From Antedon mediterranea (taxonomy: Eukaryota; Animalia; Echinodermata): a DNA stretch of 64,000 nt. The stretch covers positions 13,984,912 through 14,048,911 of the forward strand of contig NC_092675.1 in assembly GCF_964355755.1 (NCBI RefSeq). The letters run 5' to 3'. The notes under the pieces are model-generated. The model saw only the letters and a list, made by a program, of their open reading frames with translations. It was not told the origin of the DNA and ran no database searches. The position numbers and the translations under genes are program-made. This document shows, in pieces, positions 35,101 through 49,300 of this stretch. How positions within the stretch are numbered: the stretch's first letter is position 1; the number at the start of each line of letters is the position of its first letter.

Positions 35101-38100
35101 CAAATCGCATTTGGAAACGTTTTAGACCATTTTGTGATTTTCGAAAAAAATTGTTAACATAAAAACACCAAAGTGCTTAGAATCACATTATAAACCGTTT
35201 TAGACCATTTTGAGCATTTCGATAACAATTTTCACACAAAAACATCAAAGAGCACAAAATAGCTTAATATCGTATTTAAAAATGTTTTAGACCATTTTGA
35301 GCATTTAGATAAAACTTTTTTACACAAAACACCAAAGTGCTTAGAATAGCTTCAAATCGCATTTGGAGACGTTTTAGACCATTTTGTGATTTTTGAAAAA
35401 ACTTGTTAACATAAAAACACCAAAGTGCTTAGAATAGCTTCAAATCACATTTGGAGACGTTTTAGACCATTTTGTGATTTTCGAAAAAACTTGTTAACAT
35501 AAAACACCAAAGTGCTTAGAATAGCTTCAAATCGCATTTGGAGACGTTTTAGACCATTTTGTGATTTTCGAAAAAACTTGTTAACATAAAAACACCAAAG
35601 TGCTTAGAATAGCTTCAAATCGTATTTGGAGACGTTTTAGACCATTTTGAGATTTTCGAAAAAAATTGTTAACATAAAAACACCAAAGTGCTTAGAATCA
35701 CATTATAAACCGTTTTAGACCATTTTGAGCATTTCGATAACAATTTTCACACAAAAACATCAAAGAGCACAAAATAGCTTAATATCGTATTTAAAAATGT
35801 TTTAGACCATTTTGAGCATTTAGAAAAAACTTTTTCACACAAAACACCAAAGTGCTTAGAATAGCTTCAAATTGCATTTGGAGACGTTTTAGACCATTTT
35901 CTGACTTTCGAAAAAACTTGTTAACATAAAAACACCAAAGTGCTTAGAATAGCTTCAAATCGTATTTGGAGACGTTTTAGACCATTTTGTGATTTTCGAA
36001 AAAACTTGTTAACATAAAAACACCAAAGTGCTTAGAATAGCTTCAAATAGCATTTGGAGACATTTTAGACCAATTTGTGATTTTCGAAAAAAACTTGTCA
36101 ACATAAAAACACCAAAGTGTTTAGAATAGCTTCAAATCGCATTTGGAGACGTTTTAGACCAATTTGTGATTTTCGAAAAAACTTATCAACATAAAAACAC
36201 CAAAGGGTTTAGAATAGCTTCAAATCGCATTTTGAGACGTTTTAGACCATTTTGTGATTTTCGAAAAAACTTGTTAACATAAAAACACGAAAGTGCTTAG
36301 AATAGCTTCAAATCGCATTTGGAAACGTTTTATTCCATTTTGTGATTTTCGAAAAAAATTGTTAACATAAAAACACCAAAGTGCTTAGAATCACATTATA
36401 AACCGTTTTAGACCATTTTGAGCATTTCGATAACAATTTTCACACAAAAACATCAAAGAGCACAAAATAGCTTAATATCGTATTTAAAAATGTTTTAGAC
36501 CATTTTGAGCATTTAGAAAAAACTTTTTCACACAAAACACCAAAGTGCTTAGAATAGCTTCAAATCGCATTTGGAGACGGTTTAGACCATTTTGTGATTT
36601 TGAAAAAACTTGTTAACATAAAAACACCAAAGTGCTTAGAATAGCTTCAAATCGCATTTGGAGACGTTTTAGACCATTTTGTGATTTTCGAAAAAACTTG
36701 TTAACATAAAAACACGAAAGTGCTTAGAATAGCTTCAAATCACATTTGGAGACGTTTTAGACCATTTTGTGATTTTCGAAAAAGATTGTTAACATAAAAA
36801 CACCAAAGTGCTTAGAATCACATTATAAACCGTTTTAGACCATTTTGAGCATTTCAATAACAATTTTCACACAAAAACATCAAAGAGCACAAAATAGCTT
36901 AATATCGTATTTAAAAATGTTTTAGACCATTTTGAGCATTTCGATAAAACTTTTTCACACAAAACACCAAAGTGCTTAGAATAGCTTCAAATCGAATTTG
37001 GAGACGGTTTAGACCATTTTGTGATTTTGAAAAAACTTGTTAAAATAAAAACACCAAAGTGCTTAGAATAGCTTCAAATTGCATTTGGAGACGTTTTAGA
37101 CCATTTTGTGATTTTCGAAAAAACTTGTTAACATAAAAACACCAAAGTGCTTAGAATAGCTTAAAATCGTATTTGGAGACGTTTTAGACCATTTTGAGAT
37201 TTTCGAAAAAACTTGGTTACACAAAAACATCAAAGTTCTTAAAATCACATTATAAACCGTTTTAGACCATTTTCAGCATTTCGATAACACTTTTCACACA
37301 AAAACATCAAAGAGCACAAAATAGCTTAATATCGTATTTAAAAACGTTTTAGACCATTTTGAGCATTTCGACAAAACTTTTTCACACAAAACACCAAAGT
37401 GCTTAGAATAGCTTCAAATCGCATTTGGAGACGTTTTAGACCAATTTGTGCATTTCGATGAAACTTGATTACACAAAAACATCAAAGTGCTTAAAATCAC
37501 ATTATAAACCGTTTTAGACCATTTTGAGCATTTCGATAACACTTTTCACACAAAAACATCAAAGAGCACAAAATAGCTTAATATCGTTTTTAAAAACGTT
37601 TTAGACCATTTTGAGCATTTAGACAAAACTTTTTCACACAAAACTCCAAAGTGCTTAGAATAGCTTCAAATCGCATTTGGAGACGTTTTAGAACATTTTG
37701 TGTTTTTCGAAAAAACCTGTTAACATAAAAACACCAAAGTGCTTAGAATAGCTTCAAATCGCATTTGGAGACTATTTAGACCATTTTGTGATTTTTGAAA
37801 AAACTTGTTAACATAAAAACACGAAAGTGCTTAGAATAGCTTCAAAACGCATTTGGAAACGTTTTAGACCATTTTGTGATTTTCGAAAAAGATTGTTAAC
37901 ATAAAAACACCAATGTGCTTAGAATCACATTATACACCGTTTTAGACCATTTTGAGCATTTCGATAACAATTTTCACACAAAAACATCAAAGGGCACAAA
38001 ATAGCTTAATATCGTATTTAAAAATGTTTTAGACCATTTTGAGCATTTAGATAAAACTTTTTCACACAAAACACCAAAGTGCTTAGAATAGCTTCAAATC

Positions 38101-41100
38101 GCATTTGGAGACGGTTTAGAACATTTTGTGATTTTGAATAAACTTGTTAACATAAAAACACCAAAGTGCTTAGAATAGCTTCAAATCGCATTTGGAGACG
38201 TTTTAGACCATTTTGTGATTTTCGAAAAAACTTGTTAACATAAAAACTCCAAAGTGCTTAGAATAGCTTCAAATCGTATTTGGAGACGTTTTAGACCATT
38301 TTGAGATTTTCGAAAAAACTTGGTTACACAAAAACATCAAAGTGCTTAAAATCACATTATAAACCGTTTTAGACCATTTTGAGCATTTCGATAACACTTT
38401 TCACACAAAAACATCAAAGAGCACAAAATAGCTTAATATCGTATTTAAAAACGTTTTAGACCATTTTGAGCATTTCGACAAAACTTTTTCACACAAAACA
38501 CCAAAGTGCTTAGAATAGCTTCAAATCGCATTTGGAGACGTTTTAGACCAATTTGTGCATTTCGATGAAACTTGATTACACAAAAACATCAAAGTGCTTA
38601 AAATCACATTATAAACCGTTTTAGACCATTTTGAGCATTTCGATAACACTTTTCACACAAAAACATCAAAGAGCACAAAATAGCTTAATATCGTATTTAA
38701 AAACGTTTTAGACCATTTTGAGCATTTAGACAAAACTTTTTCACACAAAACACCAAAGTGCTTAGAATAGCTTCAAATCGCATTTGGAGACGTTTTAGAC
38801 CATTTTGTGCATTTCGATGAAACTTGGTTACACAAAAACATCAAAGTGCTTAAAATCACATTATAAATCGTTTTAGACCATTTTGAGCATTTCGACAAAA
38901 CTTTTTCACACAAAATACCAAAGTGCTTAGAATAGCTTCAAATCGCATTTGGAGACGTTTTAGACCATTTTGTGATTTTCGAAAAAACTTTTTAACATAA
39001 AAACACCAAAGTGCTTAGAATAGCTTCAAATCACATTTGGAGACGTTTTAGACCATTTTGTTATATTCGAAAAAACTTGTTAACATAAAAACACGAAAGT
39101 GCTTAGAATAGCTTCAAATCGCATTTGGAAACGTTTTAGACCATTTTGTGATTTTCGAAAAAAATTGTTAACATAAAAACACCAAAGTGCTTAGAATAGC
39201 TTCAAATCGCATTTGGAAACGTTTTAGACCATTTTGTTATTTTCGAAAAAAATTGTTAACATAAAAACACCAAAGTGCTTAGAATCACATTATAAACCGT
39301 TTTAGACCATTTTGAGCATTTCGATAACAATTTTCACACAAAAACATCAAAGAGCACAAAATAGCTTAATATCGTATTTAAAAATGTTTTAGACCATTTT
39401 GAGCATTTAGATAAAACTTTTTCACACAAAACACCAAAGTGCTTAGAATAGCTTCAAATCGCATTTGGAGACGTTTTAGACCATTTTGTGATTTTTGAAA
39501 AAACTTGTTAACATAAAAACACCAAAGTGCTTAGAATAGCTTCAAATCACATTTGGAGACGTTTTAGACCATTTTGTGATTTTCGAAAAAACTTGTTAAC
39601 ATAAAAACACGAAAGTGCTTAGAATAGCTTCAAATCGCATTTGGAAACGTTTTAGACCATTTTGTGATTTTCGAAAAAAATTGTTAACATAAAAACACCA
39701 AAGTGTTTAGAATAGCTTCAAATCGCATTTGGAGACGTTTTAGACCAATTTGTGATTTTCGAAAAAACTTATCAACATAAAAACACCAAAGGGTTTAGAA
39801 TAGCTTCAAATCGCATTTGGAGACGTTTTAGACCATTTTGTGATTTTCGAAAAAACTTGTTAACATAAAAACACGAAAGTGCTTAGAATAGCTTCAAATC
39901 GCATTTGGAAACGTTTTAGACCATTTTGTGATTTTCGAAAAAACTTGTTAACATAAAAACATGAAAGTGCTTAGAATAGCTTCAAATCGTATTTGGAGAC
40001 GTTTTAGACCATTTTGTGATTTTCGAAAAAACTTGTTAACATAAAAACACCAAAGTGCTTAGAATAGCTTCAAATCGCATTTGGAGACGTTTTAGACCAT
40101 TTTGTGCATTTCGATGAAACTTGGTTACACAAAAACATCAAAGTGCTTAAAATCACATTATAAACCATTTTAGACCATTTTGAGCATTTCGATAACACTT
40201 TTCACACAAAAACATAAAAGAGCACAAAATAGCTTAATATCGTATTTAAAAACGTTTTAGACCATTTTGAGCATTTCGAAAAAACTTTTTCACACAAAAC
40301 ACCAAAGTGCTTAGAATAGCTTCAAATCGCATTTGGAGACGTTTTAGATCATTTTGTGATTTTCGAAAAAACTTGTTAACATAAAAACATCAAAGTGTAC
40401 AGAATAACTTCAAATCGCATTTGGAGACCGTTTTAGGCCAATTTGTGATTTTCGAAAAAACTTGTTAACCTAAAAATACCAAAGTGTTTAGAATAGCTTC
40501 AAATCGCATTTGGAGACGTTTTAGACCATTTTGTGATTTTCGAAAAAACTTGTTAACATAAAAACACCAAAGTGCTTCAAATCGCATTTGGAGACATTTT
40601 AGACCAATTTGTGATTTTTGAAAAAACTTGTGAACATAAAAACACCAAAGTGCTTACAATAGCTTCAAATCGTATTTGGAGACGTTTTAGACCATTTTGT
40701 GATTTTCGAAAAAACTTGTTAACATAAAAACACCAAAGTACTTAGAATAGCTTCAAATCGCATTTGGAGACGTTTTAGACCATTTTATGCATTTCGATGA
40801 AACTTGGTTACACAAAAACATCAAAGTGCTTAAAATCACATTATAATCCGTTTTAGACCATTTTGAGCATTTCGATAACACTTTTCACACAAAAACATCA
40901 AAGAGCACAAAATAGCTTAATATCGTATTTAAAAACGTTTTAGACCATTTTGAGCATTTCGACAAAACTTTTTCACACAAAACACCAAAGTGCTTAGAAT
41001 AGCTTCAAATCGCATTTGGAGACGTTTTAGACCATTTTGTGATTTTCGAAAAAAATTGTTAACATAAAAACATCAAAGTGTACAGAATAGCTTCAAATCG

Positions 41101-44100
41101 CATTTGGAGACCGTTTTAGGCCAATTTGTGATTTTCGAAAAAACTTGTTAACCTAAAAATACCAAAGTGTTTAGAATAGCTTCAAATCGCATTTGGAGAC
41201 GTTTTAGACCATTTTGTGATTTTCGAAAAAACTTGTTAACATAAAAACACCAAAGTGCTTAGAATAGCTTCAAATCGCATTTGGAGACATTTTAGACCAA
41301 TTTGTGATTTTCGAAAAAACTTGTCAACTTAAAAACACCAAAGTGTTTAGAATAGCTTCAAATCGCATTTGGAGACGTTTTAGACCAATTTGTGATTTTC
41401 GAAAAAACTTGTTAACATAAAAACACCAAAGTGCTTAGAATAGCTTCAAATCGCATTTGGAGACGTTTTAGACCAATTTTTGATTTTCGAAAAAACTTAT
41501 CAACATAAAAACACCAAAGGGTTTAGAATAGCTTCAAATCGCATTTGGAGACGTTTTAGACCATTTTGTGATTTTGAAAAAACTTGTTAACATAAAAACA
41601 CCAAAGTGCTTAGAATAGCTTCAAATCGCATTTGGAGACGTTTTAGACCATTTTGTGATTTTCGAAAAAACTTGTTAACATAAAAACACCAAAGTGCTTA
41701 GAATAGCTTCAAATCGTATTTGGAGACGTTTTAGACCATTTTGAGATTTTCGAAAAAACTTGGTTACACAAAAACATCAAAGTGCTTAAAATGACATTAT
41801 AAACCGTTTTAGACCATTTTGAGCATTTCGATAACACTTTTCACACAAAAACATCAAAGAGCACAAAATAGCTTAATATCGTATTTAAAAACGTTTTAGA
41901 CCATTTTGAGCATTTCGACAAAACTTTTTCACACAAAACACCAAAGTGCTTAGAATAGCTTCAAATCGCATTTGGAGACGTTTTAGACCATTTTGTGATT
42001 TTTGAAAAAACTTGTTAACATAAAAACACCAAAGTGCTTAGAATAGCTTCAAATCACATTTGGAGATGTTTTAGACCATTTTGTGATTTTTGAAAAAACT
42101 TGTTAACATAAAAACACGAAAGTGCTTAGAATAGCTTCAAATCGCATTTGGAAACGTTTTAGACCATTTTGTGATTTTCGAAAAAGATTGTTAACATAAA
42201 AACACCAATGTGCTTAGAATCACATTATAAACCGTTTTAGACCATTTTGAGCATTTCGATAACAATTTTCACACAAAAACATCAAAGAGCACAAAATAGC
42301 TTAATATCGTATTTATAAATGTTTTAGACCATTTTGAGCATTTCGACAAAACTTTTTCACACAAAACACCAAAGTGCTTAGAATAGCTTCAAATCGCATT
42401 TGGAGACGTTTTTTATACCATTTTGTGATTTCGATGAAACTTGATTACACAAAAACATCAAAGTGCCTAAAATCACATTATAAACCGTTTTAGACCATTT
42501 TGAGCATTTCGATAACACTTTTCACACAAAAACATCAAAGAGCACAAAATAGCTTAATATCGTATTTAAAAACGTTTTAGACCATTTTGAGCATTTAGAC
42601 AAAACTTTTTCACACAAAACACCAAAGTGCTTAGAATAGCTTCAAATCGCATTTGGAGACGTTTTAGAACATTTTGTGTTTTTCGAAAAAAACTGTTAAC
42701 ATAAAAACACCAAAGTTCTTAGAATAGCTTCAAATCGCATTTTGAGACGTTTTAGAACATTTTGTGTTCTTCGAAAAAACCTGTTAACATAAAAACACCA
42801 AAGTTCTTAGAATAGCTTCAAATCGCATTTGGAGACGTTTTAGACCATTTTGTGATTTTTGAAAAAACTTGTTAACATAAAAACACCAAAGTGCTTAGAA
42901 TAGCTTCAAATCACATTTGGAGACGTTTTAGACCATTTTGTGATTTTCGAAAAAACTTGTTAACATAAAAACACGAAAGTGCTTAGAATAGCTTCAAATC
43001 GCATTTGGAAACTTTTTAGACCAGTTTGTGATTTTCGAAAAAGATTGTTAACATAAAAACACCAAAGTGCTTAGAATCACAATATAAACCGTTTTAGACC
43101 ATTTTGAGCATTTCGATAACAATTTTCACACAAAAACATCAAAGAGCACAAAATAGCTTAATATCGTATTTAAAAATGTTTTAGACCATTTTGAGCATTT
43201 AGACAAAACTTTTTCACACAAAACACCAAAGTGCTTAGAATAGATTCAAATCGCATTTGGAGACGTTTTAGACCATTTTGTGATTTTCAAAAAAACTTGT
43301 TAACATAAAAACACCAAAGTGCTTAGAATAGCTTCAAATCGCATTTGGAGACATTTTAGACCAATTTGTGATTTTCGAAAAAAACTTGTCAACATAAAAA
43401 CACCAAAGTGTTTAGAATAGCTTCAAATCGCATTTGGAGACGTTTTAGACCAATTTGTGATTTTCGAAAAAACTTATCAACATAAAAACACCAAAGGGTT
43501 TAGAATAGCTTCAAATCGCATTTTGAGACGTTTTAGACCATTTTGTGATTTTCGAAAAAACTTGTTAACATAAAAACACGAAAGTGCTTAGAATAGCTTC
43601 AAATCGCATTTGGAAACGTTTTATTCCATTTTGTGATTTTCGAAAAAAATTGTTAACATAAAAACACCAAAGTGCTTAGAATCACATTATAAACCGTTTT
43701 AGACCATTTTGAGCATTTCGATAACAATTTTCACAAAAAAACATCAAAGAGCACAAAATAGCTTAATATCGTATTTAAAAATGTTTTAGACCATTTTGAG
43801 CATTTAGAAAAAACTTTTTCACACAAAACACCAAAGTGCTTAGAATAGCTTCAAATCGTATTTGGAGACGTTTTAGACCATTTTGAGATTTTCGAAAAAA
43901 CTTGGTTACACAAAAACATCAAAGTGCTTAAAATCACATTATAAACCGTTTTAGACCATTTTGAGCATTTCGATAACACCTTTCACACAAAAACATCAAA
44001 GAGCACAAAATAGCTTAATATCTTATTTAAAAACGTTTTAGACCATTTTGAGCATTTAGACAAAACTTTTTCACACAAAACACCAAAGTGCTTAGAATAG

Positions 44101-44599
44101 CTTCAAATCGCATTTGGAGACGTTTTAGACCATTTTGTGATTTTCAAAAAAACTTGTTAACATAAAAACACCAAAGTGCTTAGAATAGCTTCAAATCGTA
44201 TTTGGAGACGTTTTAGACCATTTTGTGATTTTCGAAAAAACTTGTTAACATAAAAACACCAAAGTGCTTAGAATAGCTTCAAATCGCATTTGGAGACATT
44301 TTAGACCAATTTGTGATTTTCGAAAAAAACTTGTCAACATAAAAACACCAAAGTGTTTAGAATAGCTTCAAATCGCATTTGGAGACGTTTTAGACCAATT
44401 TGTGATTTTCGAAAAAACTTATCAACATAAAAACACCAAAGGGTTTAGAATAGCTTCAAATCGCATTTTGAGACGTTTTAGACCATTTTGTGATTTTCGA
44501 AAAAACTTGTTAACATAAAAACACGAAAGTGCTTAGAATAGCTTCAAATCGCATTTGGAAACGTTTTATTCCATTTTGTGATTTTCGAAAAAAATTGTT

Positions 44600-47500
44600 A
44601 ACATAAAAACACCAAAGTGCTTAGAATCACATTATAAACCGTTTTAGACCATTTTGAGCATTTCGATAACAATTTTCACACAAAAACATCAAAGAGCAAA
44701 AAATAGCTTAATATCGTATTTAAAAATGTTTTAGACCATTTTGAGCATTTAGATAAAACTTTTTCACACAAAACACCAAAATGCTTAGAATAGCTTCAAA
44801 TCGCATTAGGAGACGTTTTAGACCATTTTGTGATTTTCGACAAAACTTTTTCACACAAAACACCAAAGTGCTTAGAATAGCTTCAAATCGCATTTGGAGA
44901 CGTTTTAGACCAATTTGTGCATTTCGATGAAACTTGGTTACACAAAAACATCAAAGTGCTTAAAATCACATTATAAACCATTTTAGACCATTTTGAGCAT
45001 TTCGATAACACTTTTCACACAAAAACATCAAAGAGCACAAAATAGCTTAATATCGTATTTAAAAACGTTTTAGACCATTTTGAGCATTTCGACAAAACTT
45101 TTTCACACAAAACACCAAAGTGCTTAGAATAGCTTCAAATCGCATTTGAAGACGTTTTAGACCATTTTGTGATTTTCTAAAAAACTTGTAAACATAAAAA
45201 CACGAAAGTGCTTAGAATAGCTTCAAATCGCATTTGGAAACGTTTTAGACCATTTTGTGATTTTCGAAAAAACTTGTTAACATAAAAACACGAAAGTGCT
45301 TAGAATAGCTTCAAATCGCATTTGGAAACGTTTTAGACCATTTTGTGATTTTCGAAAAAAATTGTTAACATAAAAACACAAAAGTGTTTAGAATAGCTTC
45401 AAATCGCATTTGGAGACGTTTTAGACCAATTTGTGATTTTCGAAAAAACTTATCAACATAAAAACACCAAAGGGTTTAGAATAGCTTCAAATCGCATTTG
45501 GAGACGTTTTAGACCATTTTGTGATTTTGAAAAAACTTGTTAACATAAAAACACCAAAGTGCTTAGAATAGCTTCAAATTGCATTTGGAGACGTTTTAGA
45601 CCATTTTGTGATTTTCGAAAAAACTTGTTAACATAAAAACACCAAAGTGCTTAGAATAGCTTCAAATCGTATTTGGAGACGTTTTAGACCATTTTGAGAT
45701 TTTCGAAAAAACTTGGTTACACAAAAACATCAAAGTGCTAAAAATCACATTATAAACCGTTTTAGACCATTTTGAGCATTTCGGTAACACTTTTCACACA
45801 AAAACATCAAAGAGCACAAAATAGCTTAATATCGTATTTAAAAACGTTTTAGACCATTTTGAGCATTTAGACAAAACTTTTTCACACAAAACACCAAAGT
45901 GCTTAGAATAGCTTCAAATCGCATTTGGAGACGTTTTAGACCATTTTGTGCATTTCGATGAAACTTGGTTACACAAAAACATCAAAGTGCTTAAAATCAC
46001 ATTATAAATCGTTTTAGACCATTTTGAGCATTTCGACAAAACTTTTTCACACAAAATACCAAAGTGCTTAGAATAGCTTAAAATCGCATTTGGAGACGTT
46101 TTAGACCATTTTGTGATTTTCGAAAAAACTTTTTAACATAAAAACACCAAAGTGCTTAGAATAGCTTCAAATCACATTTGGAGACGTTTTAGACCATAAG
46201 TGCTTAGAATCACATTATAAACCGTTTTAGACCATTTTGAGCATTTCGATAACAATTTTCACACAAAAACATCAAAGAGCACAAAATAGCTTAATATCGT
46301 ATTTAAAAATGTTTTAGACCATTTTGAGCATTTAGATAAAACTTTTTCACACAAAACACCAAAGTGCTTAGAATAGCTTCAAATCGCATTTGGAGACGTT
46401 TTAGACCATTTTGTGATTTTTGAAAAAACTTGTTAACATAAAAACACCAAAGTGCTTAGAATAGCTTCAAATCACATTTGGAGACGTTTTAGACCATTTT
46501 GTGATTTTCGAAAAAACTTGTTAACATAAAAACACGAAAGTGCTTAGAATAGCTTCAAATCGCATTTGGAAACGTTTTAGACCATTTTGTGATTTTCGAA
46601 AAAAATTGTTAACATAAAAACACCAAAGTGTTTAGAATAGCTTCAAATCGCATTTGGAGACGTTTTAGACCAATTTGTGATTTTCGAAAAAACTTATCAA
46701 CATAAAAACACCAAAGGGTTTAGAATAGCTTCAAATCGCATTTGGAGACGTTTTAGACCATTTTGTGATTTTCGAAAAAACTTGTTAACATAAAAACACG
46801 AAAGTGCTTAGAATAGCTTCAAATCGCATTTGGAAACGTTTTAGACCATTTTGTGATTTTCGAAAAAACTTGTTAACATAAAAACATGAAAGTGCTTAGA
46901 ATAGCTTCAAATCGTATTTGGAGACGTTTTAGACCATTTTGTGATTTTCGAAAAAACTTGTTAACATAAAAACACCAAAGTGCTTAGAAACACATTATAA
47001 ACCGTTTTAGACCATTTTGAGCATTTCGATAACAATTTTCACACAAAAACATCAAAGAGCAAAAAATAGCTTAATATCGTATTTAAAAATGTTTTAGACC
47101 ATTTTGAGCATTTAGATAAAACTTTTTCACACAAAACACCAAAGTGCTTAGAATAGCTTCAAATCGCATTTGGAGACGTTTTAGACCATTTTGTGATTTT
47201 CGACAAAACTTTTTCACACAAAACACCAAAGTGCTTAGAATAGCTTCAAATCGCATTTGGAGACGTTTTAGACCAATTTGTGCATTTCGATGAAACTTGG
47301 TTACACAAAAACATCAAAGTGCTTAAAATCACATTATAAACCATTTTAGACCATTTTGAGCATTTCGATAACACTTTTCACACAAAAACATCAAAGAGCA
47401 CAAAATAGCTTAATATCGTATTTAAAAACGTTTTAGACCATTTTGAGCATTTCGACAAAACTTTTTCACACAAAACACCAAAGTGCTTAGAATAGCTTCA

Positions 47501-49300
47501 AATCGCATTTGGAGACGTTTTAGACCATTTTGTGATTTTCTAAAAAACTTGTAAACATAAAAACACCAAAGTGCTTAGAATAGCTTCAAATCACATTTGG
47601 AGACGTTTTAGACCATTTTGTGATTTTCGAAAAAACTTGTTAACATAAAAACACGAAAGTGCTTAGAATAGCTTCAAATCGCATTTGGAAACGTTTTAGA
47701 CCATTTTGTGATTTTCGAAAAAAATTGTTAACATAAAAACACCAAAGTGTTTAGAATAGCTTCAAATCGCATTTGGAGACGTTTTAGACCAATTTGTGAT
47801 TTTCGAAAAAACTTATCAACATAAAAACACCAAAGGGTTTAGAATAGCTTCAAATCGCATTTGGAGACGTTTTAGACCATTTTGTGATTTTGAAAAAACT
47901 TGTTAACATAAAAACACCAAAGTGCTTAGAATAGCTTCAAATCGCATTTGGAGACGTTTTAGACCATTTTGTGATTTTCGAAAAAACTTGTTAACATAAA
48001 AACACCAAAGTGCTTAGAATAGCTTCAAATCGTATTTGGAGACGTTTTAGACCATTTTGAGATTTTCGAAAAAACTTGGTTACACAAAAACATCAAAGTG
48101 CTTAAAATCACATTATAAACCGTTTTAGACCATTTTGAGCATTTCGGTAACACTTTTCACACAAAAACATCAAAGAGCACAAAATAGCTTAATATCGTAT
48201 TTAAAAACGTTTTAGACCATTTTGAGCATTTAGACAAAACTTTTTCACACAAAACACCAAAGTGCTTAGAATAGCTTCAAATCGCATTTGGAGACGTTTT
48301 AGACCATTTTGTGCATTTCGATGAAACTTGGTTACACAAAAACATCAAAGTGCTTAAAATCACATTATAAATCGTTTTAGACCATTTTGAGCATTTCGAC
48401 AAAACTTTTTCACACAAAATACCAAAGTGCTTAGAATAGCTTAAAATCGCATTTGGAGACGTTTTAGACCATTTTGTGATTTTCGAAAAAACTTTTTAAC
48501 ATAAAAACACCAAAGTGCTTAGAATAGCTTCAAATCACATTTGGAGACGTTTTAGACCATAAGTGCTTAGAATCACATTATAAACCGTTTTAGACCATTT
48601 TGAGCATTTCGATAACAATTTTCACACAAAAACATCAAAGAGCACAAAATAGCTTAATATCGTATTTAAAAATGTTTTAGACCATTTTGAGCATTTAGAT
48701 AAAACTTTTTCACACAAAACACCAAAGTGCTTAGAATAGCTTCAAATCGCATTTGGAGACGTTTTAGACCATTTTGTGATTTTTGAAAAAACTTGTTAAC
48801 ATAAAAACACCAAAGTGCTTAGAATAGCTTCAAATCACATTTGGAGACGTTTTAGACCATTTTGTGATTTTCGAAAAAACTTGTTAACATAAAAACACGA
48901 AAGTGCTTAGAATAGCTTTAAATCGCATTTGGAAAAGTTTTAGACCATTTTGTGATTTTCGAAAAAAATTGTTAACATAAAAACACCAAAGTGTTTAGAA
49001 TAGCTTCAAATCGCATTTGGAGACGTTTTAGACCAATTTGTGATTTTCGAAAAAACTTATCAACATAAAAACACCAAAGGGTTTAGAATAGCTTCAAATC
49101 GCATTTGGAGACGTTTTAGACCATTTTGTGATTTTCGAAAAAACTTGTTAACATAAAAACACGAAAGTGCTTAGAATAGCTTCAAATCGCATTTGGAAAC
49201 GTTTTAGACCATTTTGTGATTTTCGAAAAAACTTGTTAACATAAAAACATGAAAGTGCTTAGAATAGCTTCAAATCGTATTTGGAGACGTTTTAGACCAT
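44600..49300. repeat. Tandem duplication of a 2,363-bp satellite block (boundaries approximate)
   Basis: Three rare markers recur at the same 2,363-bp offset: AAAGAGCAAAAAAT (44691/47054), TCGGTAACAC (45781/48144) and the deletion junction AGACCATAAG (46191/48554). Confidence 0.85.
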